From Promethearchaeota archaeon (GTDB lineage: Archaea; Asgardarchaeota; Lokiarchaeia; Sigyniarchaeales; SOKP01): a stretch of 28,754 bases of DNA. This document shows positions 25,951-28,754 of the stretch, piece by piece; position 1 is the first letter of the stretch, and every line of letters starts with the position of its first letter. The stretch is from positions 1-28,754 of the forward strand of contig JAHLWH010000137.1 in the NCBI GenBank assembly GCA_019058015.1, given 5' to 3'. The position numbers were made by a program, and so were the translations under genes. The notes below the pieces were generated by a model. That model saw only the letters and a program-made list of their open reading frames with translations. It made no database searches and was not told the origin of the DNA.

Positions 25951-26769
25951 TTGAAAAATCTTCGATTTTTAATTGCATTAGTTGGTCTTCCAGCTTCAGG
26001 TAAATCTACATTAGCAAACGCAGTTAAAAAGAAAATGGTTGAAAAATTCAAAATAAACGAAGATCACATTTCGATTATTGATCCTGATTTAATTAGAAGT
26101 ATAATTATTGAAAATGGCGTGGAATTTGATTATACTGTAGAACCATTCATTCGAAAGGAAAATTTGGAAAATATAAGAAAGGAACTTGAGCAAAAGAAAA
26201 TTGTTATCAGCGATGACTTAAATTATTATCGTAGTATGCGTCATGATTTAAAACTAATAACCGACAGTTTAGATATTCCCTTTTTTATTGTATATTTGAG
26301 CACTCCATTAAAAATATGCTTAAAATGGAATAAAAAAAGAGGTTCCCCAATTCCAGATGAGGTTATCTATAAAATCAAGGAAAAAATTGATAAATTTGAT
26401 CGCTATAATTGGGATTTTCCAATCTATTCTGTGGATTTAAGTGTATCAAAAAATTTAGATGAAGTTTCCAGCGAAATTTTGAATATAATTGAAATTAATC
26501 TTAATTTATTAGAAGGAAGTTTTAAAAGATTAAAACTAGAAAAGGTTGGTGAAAATTTAGAAAATAAAAAGACGGAACTCGATGTGCTTACTCGAAAAAT
26601 GGTTTCAGAAATATTAAAAGAACAAAGAATTCAATTTAATGGCAAGGAAATTAGTAATTTTAGAAAGCAATTTATCAATAAAAATGTTAATTCTGATTTA
26701 AGCGTTAGCGAACTCATTAATAAATTTAAAACACTCTTAAGAAATAGAAAAATTGATAAAATAAAGTAG
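25951..26769 (+). CDS. pstK: O-phosphoseryl-tRNA(Sec) kinase (PSTK; KTI12/PSTK family)
   Basis: Walker A GLPASGKST, D.IR, 'DDLNYYRSMRHDL', 'WNKKRGSPIPDEVI', 'YNWDFP', and C-terminal 'LDVLTRKMVSE...FRKQFI'. This matches archaeal PSTK, including the C-terminal tRNA-binding domain. Confidence 0.85.
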   Translation: MKNLRFLIALVGLPASGKSTLANAVKKKMVEKFKINEDHISIIDPDLIRSIIIENGVEFDYTVEPFIRKENLENIRKELEQKKIVISDDLNYYRSMRHDLKLITDSLDIPFFIVYLSTPLKICLKWNKKRGSPIPDEVIYKIKEKIDKFDRYNWDFPIYSVDLSVSKNLDEVSSEILNIIEINLNLLEGSFKRLKLEKVGENLENKKTELDVLTRKMVSEILKEQRIQFNGKEISNFRKQFINKNVNSDLSVSELINKFKTLLRNRKIDKIK

Positions 26770-26888
26770 AAAAAATTTTATTCTATCAATGTTTTTTATT
26801 CTTAAAATTAAGAGAATTTTTTAAGTATTAATTTACATCTCTTTATCTTGAAGTATTATAATATATCATTATAAAGGACCTATAAAAA

Positions 26889-28754
26889 ATGACGGAATTT
26901 TTGACTAAAGCTTCTTTAAGAATAGAGAAATTAGAATCGGAGAGAAGTGGCAGGAGTTTATGCTATATTGACTCCGAAGTAATTAAAAAGATGGGCCTCT
27001 CAAATGGTGATATCATTGAAATCTTTGGAAAAAAAAATACTGCAGGCCTAGTAGTCGCTTCTAGAGAAGATAAAGGTAAGGGAACAATAAAAATAGATGG
27101 ATTAATTCGACTTAATTCTGGTGCTACAATTGGTGAAACTGTAACAATCAAAAAAGCAGAAGTTGATGAAGCAAGAGAAGTTGTCTTGACTCCAACCCGG
27201 CCGGATATTGATTTGAAAAGACAAGCTAAATCAATTAAAACTAAATTACTTCAGAAACCTGTTGTTATTGGAGATATCATCAGTATTATGGGAGCTGTAA
27301 TTCAATCCACTGATCCAGACGATCCAATGAGGGAATTTGCTAAGATGTTTCCATTTATGAAAGGTTCTATGAGAAGTAAGGGAACTCTTGGGACATTAAG
27401 GTTAATTGTTGATAATACTGCACCTTCCGGTAAAGTAGTAATAATTTCACAAAATACAAGGATTAGAATAAATAAAAGAGTTGCGTTATTAAATGTTTCG
27501 GGAGATATTGTAACATATGACGACATTGGCGGGTTAACCGAGGAAATCCAAAAAGTTAGAGAAATGGTTGAACTTCCTTTAAAGCACCCCGAACTTTTTC
27601 ACAGGTTAAATATTGATCCACCTAAAGGTGTATTACTATATGGTCCATCTGGTACCGGCAAAACCCTTATGGCAAAAGCTGTTTCTCAAGAATCGACTGC
27701 TCATTTTATCCATATAAATGGACCGGAGATAATGAGCAAATTTTACGGTGCTTCTGAAGGTAGATTACGAAATATTTTTCGAGAAGCCGAAGAAAAAGCC
27801 CCTTCTATAATTTTCATTGATGAAATCGATTCTATTGCACCAAAACGTAGTGAAGCTATGGGTGAAGTCGAAAGAAGAGTTGTTTCTCAATTATTATCCT
27901 TGTTAGATGGCCTTACAAGTAGAGGTGAAGTGATATGCATTGGTGCAACTAATAGAATCAATAGTATAGATGAAGCTCTTAGACGACCAGGTCGATTTGA
28001 TCGAGAAATTGAATTTAGAGTCCCAGATAGTAAGGGGAGAAAAGAAATCTTACAGATTCACACGAGAGGTATGCCCTTAGAAAATGATATAAGACTTGAT
28101 TACTACTCTGAAATCACTTATGGATTTGTTGGAGCCGATATTATGGCCGTATGTAGAGAAGCGGCAATGTATGCATTACGTAGAGTATTACCTAAAATTA
28201 ATCTTGATGAGCCTATACCTCCCGAAATTATTCAAGAATTAATAATTACAGATGAAGACTTTATTCGGGCGATTAATTCAATCGAACCGAGTGCTATGAG
28301 AGAAATTATGATAGAAGTTCCCAATGTACAATGGGAAGATGTTGGAGGTTTAGAGGACATTAAACAAGAATTAGTAGAAGCTATTGAATGGCCTTTGAAT
28401 TTCCCAGAATTATTTAAAAAAGCTGGCATTAGAACAATAAATGGGGTTCTACTTTTTGGTCCGCCCGGATGTGGGAAAACTTTACTTGCAAAAGCAGTTG
28501 CTACTGAGAGTAAATGTAATTTTATTTCAATTAAAGGTCCGGAAATATTCTCAAAATGGGTTGGTGAAAGTGAAAAAACAATTCGAGAAATCTTTAGAAA
28601 AGCACGTCTAGCCGCACCTTCAATTGTATATTTTGATGAGATTGATGCTATAACTTCTGGAAGGGGTGGTTTTGAAGGATCTCATGTATTTGAATCAATT
28701 GTGAACCAAATTTTAGTAGAAATGGACGGATTGGAAAAAAGAGAAGGAATTGTA
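26889..28754 (+). CDS. cdc48: CDC48/p97/VAT AAA+ ATPase, 3'-truncated by the window edge (not in ORF track)
   Basis: ATG at 26889 and open to the end of the window. N-domain; D1 'VTYDDIGGL', [32 protein letters not shown]; D2 'VQWEDVGGL', [24 protein letters not shown]. Confidence 0.96.
   Translation, partial: MTEFLTKASLRIEKLESERSGRSLCYIDSEVIKKMGLSNGDIIEIFGKKNTAGLVVASREDKGKGTIKIDGLIRLNSGATIGETVTIKKAEVDEAREVVLTPTRPDIDLKRQAKSIKTKLLQKPVVIGDIISIMGAVIQSTDPDDPMREFAKMFPFMKGSMRSKGTLGTLRLIVDNTAPSGKVVIISQNTRIRINKRVALLNVSGDIVTYDDIGGLTEEIQKVREMVELPLKHPELFHRLNIDPPKGVLLYGPSGTGKTLMAKAVSQESTAHFIHINGPEIMSKFYGASEGRLRNIFREAEEKAPSIIFIDEIDSIAPKRSEAMGEVERRVVSQLLSLLDGLTSRGEVICIGATNRINSIDEALRRPGRFDREIEFRVPDSKGRKEILQIHTRGMPLENDIRLDYYSEITYGFVGADIMAVCREAAMYALRRVLPKINLDEPIPPEIIQELIITDEDFIRAINSIEPSAMREIMIEVPNVQWEDVGGLEDIKQELVEAIEWPLNFPELFKKAGIRTINGVLLFGPPGCGKTLLAKAVATESKCNFISIKGPEIFSKWVGESEKTIREIFRKARLAAPSIVYFDEIDAITSGRGGFEGSHVFESIVNQILVEMDGLEKREGIV

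Noticed and set aside
26963-28429. Three minus-strand ORFs in the track
   Set aside because: Antisense to the continuous cdc48 reading frame.
1-28754. tRNA, rRNA, SECIS or transposase genes
   Set aside because: No GC-rich structured intergenic segment or T-loop motif seen by eye. A tRNAscan-SE/Infernal run would be needed to exclude them fully.

Overview
AT-rich archaeal chromosomal segment, most consistent with an Asgard archaeon (Lokiarchaeia-like). This assignment is inferred from the gene set: archaeal TBP, CDC48, deoxyhypusine synthase and PSTK, plus eukaryotic-signature-type genes (two Rab/Ras-like small GTPases, longin-like and V4R proteins). The left part is accessory/catabolic: a GPH-family MFS transporter, a large GC-richer surface-anchored S8 protease, a Cys-type sulfatase and a small Cys/Gly-rich ORF missed by the track. 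Next comes a V4R/MetOD1-argS-agmatinase-deoxyhypusine synthase operon. The most interesting block (13.3-16.5 kb) is a divergent cluster: longin-like and LITAF-like membrane Zn-ribbon genes on the minus strand, and GTPase, thioredoxin-like, V4R and a second GTPase on the plus strand, next to tbp. The right part holds acylphosphatase, a DegT-family aminotransferase, gene remnants, a radical SAM enzyme, a sulfatase pseudogene, a HEAT-repeat protein with a Glu/Lys tail, a longin/uDENN-like-wHTH fusion with an exact 37-bp direct repeat at its start, then TatD, GIY-YIG, PSTK and a 3'-truncated CDC48 (also missed by the track). I recognised no rRNA, tRNA, CRISPR array or transposase. All family calls come from motifs read by eye; no database search was run.
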